Positions 42,348 through 52,752 of a stretch of DNA of 64,000 nt are shown here, piece by piece. A program made the position numbers and the translations under genes. Origin of the DNA: an uncultured Chlamydiae bacterium (lineage in GTDB: Bacteria > Chlamydiota > Chlamydiia > Chlamydiales > Parachlamydiaceae); the NCBI GenBank assembly GCA_963754655.1, contig CAVWGN010000001.1:1024001-1088000 (forward strand), given 5' to 3'. Numbering within the stretch: the stretch's first letter is position 1; every line of letters starts with the position of its first letter. A model generated the notes under the pieces. It made no database searches, was not told the DNA's origin, and saw only the letters and a list, made by a program, of their open reading frames with translations.

Positions 42348-43651
42348 AACATCTCCATATTTTCCAAAGCTGCATCTAGGCGATCACACAAAATATGCGA
42401 CACGGTAAATAAGGACATATTGGCTTTCGAGCATCCTATTTCCTGAGCTTGCTTCGCTAATGCAAGACGTCTCCCATCATCTGGAAGCGGGCTTGTTTTA
42501 TCTAGGTCACCTGGATATTGAGCATGCTGAGCCCAATTGGCATTTAAAATCTCTTCCAATGAATAAGAGTCGAACATTTTGAGGTATTCATCACGAGGCA
42601 ATTGTTCTTGATCCTCTCGTATACTGGTTCCAATAATGACGAATACCGATTCAGGCAGAATCTCTTCATTTAATGACATCTTCTTAAAAGAATGTGTCAC
42701 TTGATCAGGTTCATAAAGCATTTTAATGCGATCTATTTCCTTTCCCTGTGGAGTCCAACGCGTGACATCGATTAAGAGATGCTGCTTTTTATCTATTAGA
42801 CGTTGTATCAAAGTCTCTAAATTATAGAAGCAAGGAGAGCAACGACGTCCCACTTTGTCTCTACGAATTCCCTCACTGATGACTTTGTGAGCAAATTGGT
42901 TAACAGGTGTTTCTCGTGTTTCGCCAAGACGCCATAATTCTCTTTGAAGATATTTGATGGACTGTAAGGCAAGATCGCATTGCAGCAAATTAACCAAATC
43001 TCCCAATTTTTTGCTGCCAATCAGTCGACTCTCTTCATTGGGTGTTTGACCTTCTAAACTGCAATTAAAGCGAGCTAAATTTTCTGCATGTGTGACATCG
43101 AATAGCTGATAGAAGCATTCATTTTTTGGAACAAGTGTTTTTGTTTGGGCAAGCAAATAACTTTCTACAACAAAGCGTACATTGTCCGATGCTCTGTGCA
43201 AAATTTTCAACTTTTCACATGCTTCTCGAGGAGAAATCTTGTTTCCATATTCCGCTTTAAACTCTTTTCCAGAGTGGATCTTTGATGTAATCTGGCTCTT
43301 AATGGCCGGCAATTGCTTTAAAATGGTTCGAGCATCCGAGCAAGCTTTGTCTATTTCTTGCTGCCACTCGTGAAAATTTAAGTATAAGTCCGCCAGATCT
43401 TTAATTTTGGCAGCTCGCAATTGGCAGGCATTTTCTCCTACTAAAGCATCGAATTGCCTCCATTGATGCTTTTGAAATGCTTCTAAAGCAGCAACTGTCA
43501 CCTGAGACATGAAAGATACATAGCCTAGAATGTTGATGAGATCAGTCCTTCCCTTGAGAGTTTGAACGAGTCTCTTTTCTTCAAAAATTTCAATAAATGA
43601 TCGCTCATATCCATTTACTTGCTGAGAAATTTGAGCACTTAAAGAATCCAT
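42344..43651 (-). CDS. Hypothetical protein
   Basis: 435-aa ORF whose stop overlaps the permease start. No motif recognised. Confidence 0.75.
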   Translation of the reverse strand: MDSLSAQISQQVNGYERSFIEIFEEKRLVQTLKGRTDLINILGYVSFMSQVTVAALEAFQKHQWRQFDALVGENACQLRAAKIKDLADLYLNFHEWQQEIDKACSDARTILKQLPAIKSQITSKIHSGKEFKAEYGNKISPREACEKLKILHRASDNVRFVVESYLLAQTKTLVPKNECFYQLFDVTHAENLARFNCSLEGQTPNEESRLIGSKKLGDLVNLLQCDLALQSIKYLQRELWRLGETRETPVNQFAHKVISEGIRRDKVGRRCSPCFYNLETLIQRLIDKKQHLLIDVTRWTPQGKEIDRIKMLYEPDQVTHSFKKMSLNEEILPESVFVIIGTSIREDQEQLPRDEYLKMFDSYSLEEILNANWAQHAQYPGDLDKTSPLPDDGRRLALAKQAQEIGCSKANMSLFTVSHILCDRLDAALENMEML

Positions 43652-44219
43652 ACGTTACCTATCCATGCTTCCAAAAGGAAACGGTTAAAAATAAAATAAA
43701 ATAATTATTTGACAATAGAGTTATAGGTACGCGAGTAGGCTCAAAAAGTCGCTTTTAGAACAAAAAAGTTACGATACACATATTTAAGCTTGTCAAAACA
43801 CGCGTTCTACAACGGCAACATTTAAAAAATGTGATTAAGCAAAATAGGGATAAAAAGAATAGGATCCCTTTCGTTTAAAAACGTCAAAGCGTTTAAAAAG
43901 AAATGGAAAATAAGAAGAGAAAAAGAAGCAAGATGGGTTTGAAAAGGAAAGAGGGGAGAGAATGCCACAACGCGAATCCTCAGCCGGTTGAATCGACTGA
44001 TCGCATACATGGCTTCTCCATAATTGAGAAAGCACACTTAACATAATCAATTCCTTTATATAAAAAGGTTAATACACAACAATTTTCTAAAAATTGAAAC
44101 TATTTGTTTATTATATATGCTTTCCCATTAATTTGCAAGCAGGATTTCATTATGATAAAATGATAAAATGATAGGGTGTGATTAAATCTGGGAGTTTATA
44201 TTTTTAGCAGATCGATACG

Positions 44220-44336
44220 AAATGGTAGGGCGGCGGTAGCCGCTTTCAGTGGGAAGCCCCGTATGAAGCGAGCGTGCGAGTGGAATGCGGGGTGTAGGCA
44301 AGATAGCATTGAGCTGCGGAAGCAGCGTAAGATCAC
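44220..44336 (+). mobile_element. Possible IS200/IS605-type right-end remnant
   Basis: GC-rich island: GAAGCCCCG...CGGGG and GCTGC-GGAA-GCAGC hairpins, ending in TCAC. Confidence 0.4.
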
Positions 44337-44369
44337 TGATTAAAAAAGGGACTCATTTGATTTGAAAAT

Positions 44370-44694
44370 TTAGACCTGCAAATTGAAAAGCCCAACCATC
44401 TTACTGAAAACGGTAGCCAAGAAAAACTCTCGATTTTTTTTAAAGCTTTCATCTGCATAGAGAAGAGCTAAGTTATCTTGCTGAATGGCAGCCAAGACAA
44501 TCTCTCGATCCTTTTTAAGGCTTTTATGTGCATATTGAAGAGCCTCACCAGCTTGCTGAACGGCAATCAAGACAATTTCTCGATCTTGTTTAAAGATTTC
44601 ATCTGCATAGTACAGATTATGACCATTTTGCTGAACGGCAGCTAAGACAAAGCCCGATCTTTTTTAAGGCTTTTATCCGCATATTGAAGAGCTC
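44370..44694 (-). pseudogene. 3' remnant of an F-box/DUF4116 gene
   Basis: About 4 repeats plus the FSKMVGLFNLQV tail; the 5' end is joined to a REP hairpin. Confidence 0.8.
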
Positions 44695-45123
44695 CAAAGT
44701 GAAATAGCCCAGGCCCAGCGGCCTGGAAAAAACACCTCCATATCGTAGTCTGAAAGACTACAAGAGAAATTGTAGACAGATTGAGCAGTTTGCAGAAAAG
44801 AAATTTTGATTTATCGTAATCCTCTATTAATTTTGTATACGGGATTTCCATGAGTATAGATGCACAAGTAGAGCGATTGGAAACATGCCCGGGCTATTTT
44901 AACTTTAGAGTTCTGCAGGCTCGAATAAATAATAAAATTAGTTTAAATTTAAAAATTGACAGTATAATATTCTATTAGCTAAAGCGCATCATTTTTAACA
45001 TAACTACTAAAATCAATCCGTTTTTATATTCATTATAAATTATTATGTTGGTATAATTTAGCATTAAATATTATAAAATTATTAATAGTCAATTAAAATT
45101 ATAAAGTTAATTAAAGGGTATGT

Positions 45124-47043
45124 ATGCAACTTACGCTCGTTAATTCACAAGCAATGTCAGCTCCTTCAAATGAAGCTTGCTTAAACACCATCCTTCCTGA
45201 GGAGGTATTGGAAATTTTTTTTGATCGGGTTGTCAATCAAAAAAGGCCAGTTTTAAGTGATATTTCTTCTATTTTGCTCACTTGTACAAGATGGAAAAGA
45301 GTTTTTGAAAAAAATCCTTGCATCTCCTTGGCACAGACTCTTTTTCAACTTAAAAAGAATCCTCGATCCCCTATTCATTCTGCCCGAGAATGTCTCGCAA
45401 CTGAACAAAAGAAGTCTTTTACATCCCAAGAACTCAAGTTGATTGATCGAGCCCAAAAAAGCTCCTACGGAGAAAGAATTTTTAAAAAATTGTTAATGGT
45501 TCAATCACCTTTATTTTGTGCTAACAGTTTATTTCTTTCTCTTTTGGATCGCTATTCATGGGATCTTCAAGATTGCAAAGCCAGCGCCAATAAGAACATC
45601 CAGCAAGTGGCTGAAGAACAATTATCTATTTTAAACTCTCTTGTATGGGGAACTGACGATCAAAGACTAATGATGATCAAAAATGATTTTATCGCAAAAC
45701 TTTATTTAGGTGGTCTAGATCAATTAAGGCGGCTTGCAAACGAATCGGTTATTTCCCCACTTAAAAACATTTCCAATTTTAATGATAAAAAAATTTTTAT
45801 GCAAGTTGCACGCTATTTTGGACATTCTGTTTTTGATATAAATGCAAACCTTAAAAAAGATCGAGAATTGGTCTTGGCTGTCGTTCAGCAAAATGGCGAA
45901 GCTCTTCTCTATGTAGATGAAAACTTTAAAAAAGATCGAGAGATTGTTTTGGCTGCCGTTCAGCAAAATAGTGCAGCTTTTCACTATGCAGATGCAAGCT
46001 TTAAACAAGATCGAGAGATTGTCTTAGCTGCCGTTCAGCAAAATGGCTTGGTTCTAAAATATGCAGATGAAAGTCTTAAAAAAGATCGAGAGATTGTCTT
46101 GGCTGCCGTTAAGCAAAATAGCTTGGTTCTGCAATATGCAGATGAAAACTTTAAAAAAGATCGAGAAATTATCTTGGCTGCCGTTCAGCAACATAGCACA
46201 GCTTTTGAATATGCAGATGAAGGCTTTAAAAAAGACCGAGAATTTGTTTTGGCTGCCGTTAAGCGAAATAGCTTGGTTCTGCAATATGCAGAGGAAAGCT
46301 TTAAAAAAGATTGTGAGATTGTTTTGGCTGCCGTTAAGCAAAATGGCTATGCTATTGAATATGCAGGCGAAAGCTTTAAAAAAGATCGAGAGATTGTTTT
46401 GGCTGCCGTTCAGCAAGATGGTTTTGCTCTTCAATGTGCAGATGAAAACTTTAAAAAAGATCGAGAAATTATCTTGGCTGCTGTTCAGCAAAGAGGCAAG
46501 GCTCTTCAATTTGCAGATGAAAGCTTTAAAAAAGATCGAGAGGTTGTTTTGGCTGCCCTTAAGCAAGATTACGGAGCTCTTCAATTTGCAGATGAAAACT
46601 TTAAAAAAAATCGAGAGATTATCTTGACTATCGTTCAGCAAAGTGGCTGGGTCCTTTACCATGCAGATAAAAGCCTTCAAAAAGATCGAGAGTGTGTCTT
46701 GGCTGCCGTTCAGCAAAATGGCCATGCTCTTTACCATGCAGACAAAAGCTTTACAAAAGATCGAGAGATTGTCTTGGCTGCCGTTAAGCAAGATGGCTGT
46801 AGTCTTCAATATGCAGATGAAAGACTTAAAAAAGATCGAGAGATTGTCTTGGCTGCCGTTAAGCAAAATGGCTATGCTCTTCTCTATGCAGATGAAAGCC
46901 TTACAAAAGATCGAGAGATTGTTTTGGCTGCTGTTCAGCAAAATGGCTATGCTCTTGAATATGCGGATGAAAGCTTTAAAAAAGATCAAGAGTTTGTCTT
47001 GGCTACTTTTTTCAGTAAGATGAGTGGACTTTTCAATTTGTAG
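45124..47043 (+). CDS. F-box-like + DUF4116 repeat protein (array 2, inverted copy; 15 repeats)
   Basis: ILPEEVLEIFFDRV...SILLTCTRWKRV, then 25-aa repeats. Confidence 0.85.
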   Translation: MQLTLVNSQAMSAPSNEACLNTILPEEVLEIFFDRVVNQKRPVLSDISSILLTCTRWKRVFEKNPCISLAQTLFQLKKNPRSPIHSARECLATEQKKSFTSQELKLIDRAQKSSYGERIFKKLLMVQSPLFCANSLFLSLLDRYSWDLQDCKASANKNIQQVAEEQLSILNSLVWGTDDQRLMMIKNDFIAKLYLGGLDQLRRLANESVISPLKNISNFNDKKIFMQVARYFGHSVFDINANLKKDRELVLAVVQQNGEALLYVDENFKKDREIVLAAVQQNSAAFHYADASFKQDREIVLAAVQQNGLVLKYADESLKKDREIVLAAVKQNSLVLQYADENFKKDREIILAAVQQHSTAFEYADEGFKKDREFVLAAVKRNSLVLQYAEESFKKDCEIVLAAVKQNGYAIEYAGESFKKDREIVLAAVQQDGFALQCADENFKKDREIILAAVQQRGKALQFADESFKKDREVVLAALKQDYGALQFADENFKKNREIILTIVQQSGWVLYHADKSLQKDRECVLAAVQQNGHALYHADKSFTKDREIVLAAVKQDGCSLQYADERLKKDREIVLAAVKQNGYALLYADESLTKDREIVLAAVQQNGYALEYADESFKKDQEFVLATFFSKMSGLFNL

Positions 47044-47073
47044 GTCTAAATTTTTAAATCAAATGAGTCTCGT

Positions 47074-47330
47074 TAAATAGCTTTTATTTGTTTAATAGCC
47101 TGAAGGGCTTCAAATAGAAATAGCCAGGGCCGGGACTTAACAAAGAACTATTCTGGGCTTGATATTCGTCGCGCCAATTTAACAACACTATATCTGTAAT
47201 AGATTTTATAGGCATATTTTCCGAAAATAACGCAAAAAACATCAATTCCAAAACAGTTCTTTGTTAAGTCCCGGCCCTGGCTATTTCTATTTGAAGCCTT
47301 TCAGGCTATAAAACAAATAAAAGCTATTTA
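47074..47330. repeat. Palindromic REP element with inner MITE-like insert (47131..47273)
   Basis: Mirrored arms; inner TIR CGGGACTTAACAAAGAACT/AGTTCTTTGTTAAGTCCCG. Confidence 0.75.
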
Positions 47331-47483
47331 CCTAATTTTTTATTGTTGTAACGCCGTCTTTTTTATTTTTTTTGAAAGCACATTTACAATTTAATGCCAT
47401 CCTCTCGAGCTTTATACTCGAGTTTGGGATGGAGAATGCCAAACCAATGATTTAAAAAAAGGGGACTCATTTGATTTGAAAAT

Positions 47484-49256
47484 TTAAATCTGCAAATTGA
47501 AAAAACCAGCCATCTTACTGAAAATGGTAGCCCAGACAAAATCTTGATCTTTTTTAAAGCTTTCATCTGCATATTGGAAAGCCAAGCTATCTTGCTGAAC
47601 GGCAGCCAAGACAATGTCTCGATCTTTTTTAAAGCTTGCATCTGCATATTTAAGGGCAGTACCATGTTGCTGAACAGCAGCCAAGGTAATGTCTCGATCT
47701 TTTTTAAGGCTTTCATGTGCATATTGAAGAGCTATCGCCTTTTGCTTAACGGCAGCCAGGACAATGTCTCGATCTTGTTTAAAGCTTGCATATGCATATT
47801 GAAGAGCGCGGCCATCTTGTTGAACGGCAGCCAAGACAATGTCTCGCTCTTTTTTAAGATTTGCGTCTGCAAATTCAAGATCCCTACCATTTTGCTGAAC
47901 GGCCGCCAAGACAATGTCTCGATCCTTTTTAAGGCTTTCATCTGCATATTGAAGCGACCCTTTCATTGTTTGAATGCTAGCCAAGACAATCTCTCGATCT
48001 TTTTTAAAGCTTGCATCTGCATATTGAAGAGCCCAGCCATTTTGCTTAACGGCAGCCAAAACAATCTTTCGATCTTGTTTAAGACTTTTGCCTGCACTTG
48101 CAAGAGCCCTGCCATCTTGCTGAACGGCAGCCAAGACAATGTCCCGATCTTGTTTTAATCTTTCAACAGCATATTCAAGAGCCATGCCATCTTGCTTAAC
48201 GGCAGCTAAGACAATGTCTTGATCTTGTTTAAAGCTTTCATCTGCATATTCAAGAGCTAAGCCATTTTGCTGAACAGCAGTCAAGACAATGTCTCGATCT
48301 TGTTTAAAGCTTGCATCTGCAAAGTAAAGAGCTTCCGCCCTTTGCTTAACGGCAGACAAGACAATGCTTCGATCTTTTTTAAGGTTTTCATCTGCAAAGA
48401 GAAGCGCCGAGCCATTTTGCTGAACGGCAACCAATACAATGTCTCGATCTTGTCTAAAACTTTCATCTACATATTGAAGAGCGTATCCATTATGCTGAAC
48501 AGTAGCCAAGACAATGTCTCGATCTTTTTTAAGGCTTTCATCTATATTAAAAACAGAATCTCCAAAACAGCGAGCAACTTGCATAAAAATTTTTTTATCG
48601 TTAAAATCGGGAAATTTTTTAAGTGTGGAGATGACCAAGTCTGTTGCCAGCTCCCATGTTTGATCTGGTTGACCACCTAGGTAAAGTTTTGCAATAAAAT
48701 CATTTTTGATTACCATTAATCTTTGTTCGTCAGTGCCCCAGGCAAGAGAGTTTAAAATAGACAACTGCTCTTCAGCCACTTGCTGGATATTCTTATTTGC
48801 GCTGGTTTTGCAATGTTGAGGATCCCATGAATAGCGATGCAAAAGAGAAAGAAATAAACTATCAGAGCAAAATAACTGTGATTTAACCATTAACAATTTT
48901 TTAAAACTCTCCCCATAGCAGCCATGTTGGACTCGATCAATCAACTTAAGTTCTTGAGAAGTAAAAGACTTCTTTTGTTTTGCGATACATTCTTCAGGAA
49001 AATTAATAGGGGATTGAGGGCTCTTTTTAAGTTGAAAAAGAGTCCGCGCCAAGGAGATGCAAGGATTCTTTTCAAAAACTCTTTTCCATCTTGTACAAGT
49101 GAGCAAAGTAGAAGAAATATCACTTAAAAGTGGACTTTTTTGATTAATAACCCGATCAAAAAAAATTTCCAATACCTCATCAGGAAGGATGGTGTTTAAG
49201 CAAGCTTCATTTGAAGGAGCTGACCTTGCTTGTGAATTAACAAGAGTAAGTTGCAT
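47484..49256 (-). CDS. F-box-like + DUF4116 repeat protein (array 2; 13 repeats)
   Basis: 590 aa, same architecture. Confidence 0.85.
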   Translation of the reverse strand: MQLTLVNSQARSAPSNEACLNTILPDEVLEIFFDRVINQKSPLLSDISSTLLTCTRWKRVFEKNPCISLARTLFQLKKSPQSPINFPEECIAKQKKSFTSQELKLIDRVQHGCYGESFKKLLMVKSQLFCSDSLFLSLLHRYSWDPQHCKTSANKNIQQVAEEQLSILNSLAWGTDEQRLMVIKNDFIAKLYLGGQPDQTWELATDLVISTLKKFPDFNDKKIFMQVARCFGDSVFNIDESLKKDRDIVLATVQHNGYALQYVDESFRQDRDIVLVAVQQNGSALLFADENLKKDRSIVLSAVKQRAEALYFADASFKQDRDIVLTAVQQNGLALEYADESFKQDQDIVLAAVKQDGMALEYAVERLKQDRDIVLAAVQQDGRALASAGKSLKQDRKIVLAAVKQNGWALQYADASFKKDREIVLASIQTMKGSLQYADESLKKDRDIVLAAVQQNGRDLEFADANLKKERDIVLAAVQQDGRALQYAYASFKQDRDIVLAAVKQKAIALQYAHESLKKDRDITLAAVQQHGTALKYADASFKKDRDIVLAAVQQDSLAFQYADESFKKDQDFVWATIFSKMAGFFNLQI

Positions 49257-49293
49257 AAATATTCTGTAGTTAATTTTATAATTTTAATTGTTG

Positions 49294-49724
49294 TAGGAGT
49301 TACGCAGTTGATAAATTATTTTCATAAATTGGATTAGCTAAATAAGATTTAACTGCGTCTCGAACAATTCCTATCTTCGCTTCAAACCAACTCTTTCCTG
49401 TTTTAAAGTTGTATCGCTCTATTCTTAAAAAGGCTCTTATTGCACACCCAATATGATTTAATTGAATAGTAGCAGATCTCGCTTGGCATTTTTCTATGCC
49501 ACAATATTGTTTGATCCCTCTATGAATGAATCATGAGCTGGAACATTTTCTTTTTCTGTTGAACTTTTGCTGCTCGTACAACTATAAATTCGCTGAGTTG
49601 CAATCAAAAAATTAATGCAATCATATTCATCGCATTTAGGCTTATTCATACGTTCCTCCTATGAAATTACCTAGATTTATTATCACATTTATTTATTTAA
49701 TTTTATTCAACTACACAACTCCTA
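49294..49724 (-). mobile_element. Internally deleted IS701-family element
   Basis: TIR TAGGAGTTACGCAGTTGA/TCAACTACACAACTCCTA. 49649..49300 reads MNKPKCDEYDCINFLIATQRIYSC...PAHDSF//HRGIKQYCGIEKCQARS...NHIGCAIRAFLRIE...WFEAK...YLANP...STA*. Confidence 0.8.
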
Positions 49725-49813
49725 AATTTTATAATATCTAATATTATAGTTCTACAAATATAATATCTTGATTGCAATTATGTTTTTTTTTGATATAGAT
49801 GAAAGCCATAACG

Positions 49814-49897
49814 AAAAAAAAGACATTTCAAGATGAATATCGCAGATTTCTGAAAAAACATGAAATTGTGTCTGATGAAAAATATGTTTGGGATTAG
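49814..49897 (+). pseudogene. tnpA: C-terminal fragment of an IS200/IS605-family (RAYT-like) Y1 transposase
   Basis: Reads KKKTFQDEYRRFLKKHEIVSDEKYVWD*, followed at once by the REP motif TTCTCTTGTAGTCCTTCAGACTA. Confidence 0.75.
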
Positions 49898-50167
49898 ATT
49901 ATTCTCTTGTAGTCCTTCAGACTAAATGATCATGACCAATTTAACGCAGGCGATGCGCTGGAATATTTTCTATTTGAAGCCTTTCAGACTATAAAACAAA
50001 TAAAAGCTATTTACCTAATTTTGTATTGTTGTAAAGGCGTCTTTTTTATTTCTTTTGAAACCACATTTGCAATTTAATGCCATCCCCTCGAGCCTTATAC
50101 TCGAGTTTGGGATGGAGAATGCCAAACCAAATGATTTAAGAAAACTGGACTCATTTGATTTGAAAAT

Positions 50168-52165
50168 TTAGATCTGTAAATTGAGAAGCCCAGCCATCTT
50201 ACTGAAAACAGTAGCCAAGAAAAACTCTTGATCTTTTTTAAAAGTTTCATCTGCATATTGAAGAGCCATGCTATCTTGCTGAACGGCAGCCAAGACAATC
50301 TTTCGATCTTTCCTAAGGCTTTCATCCGCATATTGAAGAGCATTGCCATTTTGCTGAACGGCAGCCAAGACAATGTCTTGATCTTGTTTAAAGCTTGCAT
50401 CTACATATTCAAGAGCACATCCATTTTGCTGAACAGCAGCCAAGACAATGTCTCTATCTTGTTTAAAACTTTCATCTACACAGTAAAGAGCATAGCCATT
50501 TTGCTTAACGGCTGCCAAGACAATGTCTCGATCTTGTTGAAGGCTTGCAGATGCATATTTAAGAGATCTGCTATCTTGCTGAACGGCAGTCAAGACAATT
50601 TCTCGATCTTGTTGAAGGCTTGCATCTGCATATTTAAGAGCCCTGCCATTTTGCTTAACGGCTGCCAAGACAATCTCTTGATTTTTTTTAAGATTAGCGT
50701 CTGCAAATGCAAGCTCCCTACCATCTTGCTGAACGGCAGCCAAGACAATCTCTCGATCTTGTTTAAAGCTTGCATCTGCATATTCAAGAGCACATCCATT
50801 TTGCTGAACGGCCGCCAAGACAATCTCTCGATCTTGTTTAAAGCTTGCATCTGCATATTCAAGAGCACATCCATTTTGCTGAACGGCCGCCAAAACAATC
50901 TTTCGATTTTGTTTAAGAATTTTGCCCGCACTTGCAAGAGCCTTACCATTTTGCTGAACAGCAGCCAAGACAATCTCTCGATCTTGTTTAAGGCTTTCAT
51001 CTGCATATTTAAGGGAGGTGCCATCTTCCTGAACAGCAGCCAAGACAATGTCTCGATTTTCTTGAAGGCTTCCATCTGCAAATTGAAGAGATCTACCATC
51101 TTGCTGAACGGCAGCCAAGACAATGTCTCGATCTTTTTTAAAGCTTGCATCCGCATCTTCAAGAGCATACCCATATCGCTGAATGGCAGCCAAGAAAATG
51201 TCTCGATCCTGTTTAAAGCTTGCATCTGCGTGTTTAAGAGCATCGCCTCTTTGTTGAATGGCAGCCAAGACAATTTCTCGATCTTTTTTAAGGCTTTCAT
51301 CTGCATATTTAAGAGCCCAGCCATTTTCCTGAACGGCAACCAAGACAATATCTCGATCTTGCTTAAATCTTGCATCCGCGTATGCAAGAGCACATCCATT
51401 TTGCTGAACAGTAGCCAAGACAATGTCTCGATCTTTTTTAAGGCTTTCATCGATATTAAAAACAGAATGTCCAAAACAGTGAGCAACTTGCAGAAAAATT
51501 TTTTTATTGTTAAAAGCGGGAAATTTTTTAAGTGTGGAGATGACCAAGTCTGTTGCCAGCGGCCATGTTTTATGTTTTTTAATATCCAGGTAAAGTTTTG
51601 AGATAAAATCCTTTTCAATCACCATTAATCTTTGGTCGTCAGTGCCCCAAGCAAGAGAGGCTAAAATAGACAACTGCCCTTCAGCCAATTGCTGGATATT
51701 GTCATTGGCGCTGGTTTTGCAATCTTGAGGATCCCATGAATAGCGATTCAAAAGAGAAAGAAATAAACTATTAGAGCAAAATAACTGTGATTTAATCATT
51801 AACAATTTTCTAAAACTTTCCCCATAGCAGCCTTGTTGGGCTCGATCGATCAAATTAAGTTCCTGAGAAGTAAAAGATTTATTTTGTTTATCGATATATC
51901 CTTGAGGAGGATTAATAGGGGATTGAGGATTCTTTTTAAGTTGAAAAAGAGTTTGCGCCAAGGAAATGCAAGGATTGTTTTCAAAAATTCTTTTCCATCT
52001 TGTACAACTGAGTAAAATAGAAAAAATATCACTTAAAAGAGGCCTTTTTTGATTGACAACCCGATCAAAAAAAATTGCTAATACCTCATCAGGAAGTAAA
52101 GTATTTAAACAAACTTCATTTGAAGTAGTTGGCATTGCTTGCGAATTAACGAGGGTAGGTTGCAT
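50168..52165 (-). CDS. F-box-like + DUF4116 repeat protein (array 2; 16 repeats)
   Basis: 665 aa; contains a recent near-exact internal repeat duplication (QNGCALEYADASFKQDREIVLAAVQ twice). Confidence 0.85.
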   Translation of the reverse strand: MQPTLVNSQAMPTTSNEVCLNTLLPDEVLAIFFDRVVNQKRPLLSDIFSILLSCTRWKRIFENNPCISLAQTLFQLKKNPQSPINPPQGYIDKQNKSFTSQELNLIDRAQQGCYGESFRKLLMIKSQLFCSNSLFLSLLNRYSWDPQDCKTSANDNIQQLAEGQLSILASLAWGTDDQRLMVIEKDFISKLYLDIKKHKTWPLATDLVISTLKKFPAFNNKKIFLQVAHCFGHSVFNIDESLKKDRDIVLATVQQNGCALAYADARFKQDRDIVLVAVQENGWALKYADESLKKDREIVLAAIQQRGDALKHADASFKQDRDIFLAAIQRYGYALEDADASFKKDRDIVLAAVQQDGRSLQFADGSLQENRDIVLAAVQEDGTSLKYADESLKQDREIVLAAVQQNGKALASAGKILKQNRKIVLAAVQQNGCALEYADASFKQDREIVLAAVQQNGCALEYADASFKQDREIVLAAVQQDGRELAFADANLKKNQEIVLAAVKQNGRALKYADASLQQDREIVLTAVQQDSRSLKYASASLQQDRDIVLAAVKQNGYALYCVDESFKQDRDIVLAAVQQNGCALEYVDASFKQDQDIVLAAVQQNGNALQYADESLRKDRKIVLAAVQQDSMALQYADETFKKDQEFFLATVFSKMAGLLNLQI

Positions 52166-52752
52166 AAATATCCTTTAATTAAATTTATCATTAATTATAA
52201 TTAATTATAATTAGTTTTACAATGTTTAAATTTATAATTATGGAAATGCAATATATTGATTTTAACTAAATTACTTTTAATTAGATGAAAATCTTAATCA
52301 TCTGATTTTTGAGTTTATCCATTTGCCTGCCAATTAGATGAATCAAAAAGTGATGACAAAAGAGATCTTGCACAACTTAAATTTTATTGCATAATCACTC
52401 CCTTTAAGAAGAAGAGAAGATATAGAAATAGAGAAAACTAAAAAATAAAAAAATTTAAAGTTAATAGAATGAGTATGAAAATAAATTGATTTTAAATGCG
52501 CTTCCTAATATTTATTTTAAAAATAATGAGTTTTAGCTAATACAATATTGTACTTTCAACTTTTAAATTTATCCTAATCTTAGTATTTATTCGAGCCTGA
52601 AAGGCTCTAAAATGAAATAGCCCAGACCAGCGGCCTGGGAAAAAACACCCCATAGCGTAGCCTGAAAGACTACAAGAGAAATTGTGAGACAGTCATTTGC
52701 AGGCATTCTTAACCAATGAGTTAATAAAACAGGACTCATTTCATTTGAAAAT

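Noticed and set aside
43822..44050. Two overlapping 71-aa ORFs
   Set aside because: Low-complexity, no recognisable motif, and no way to choose a frame.
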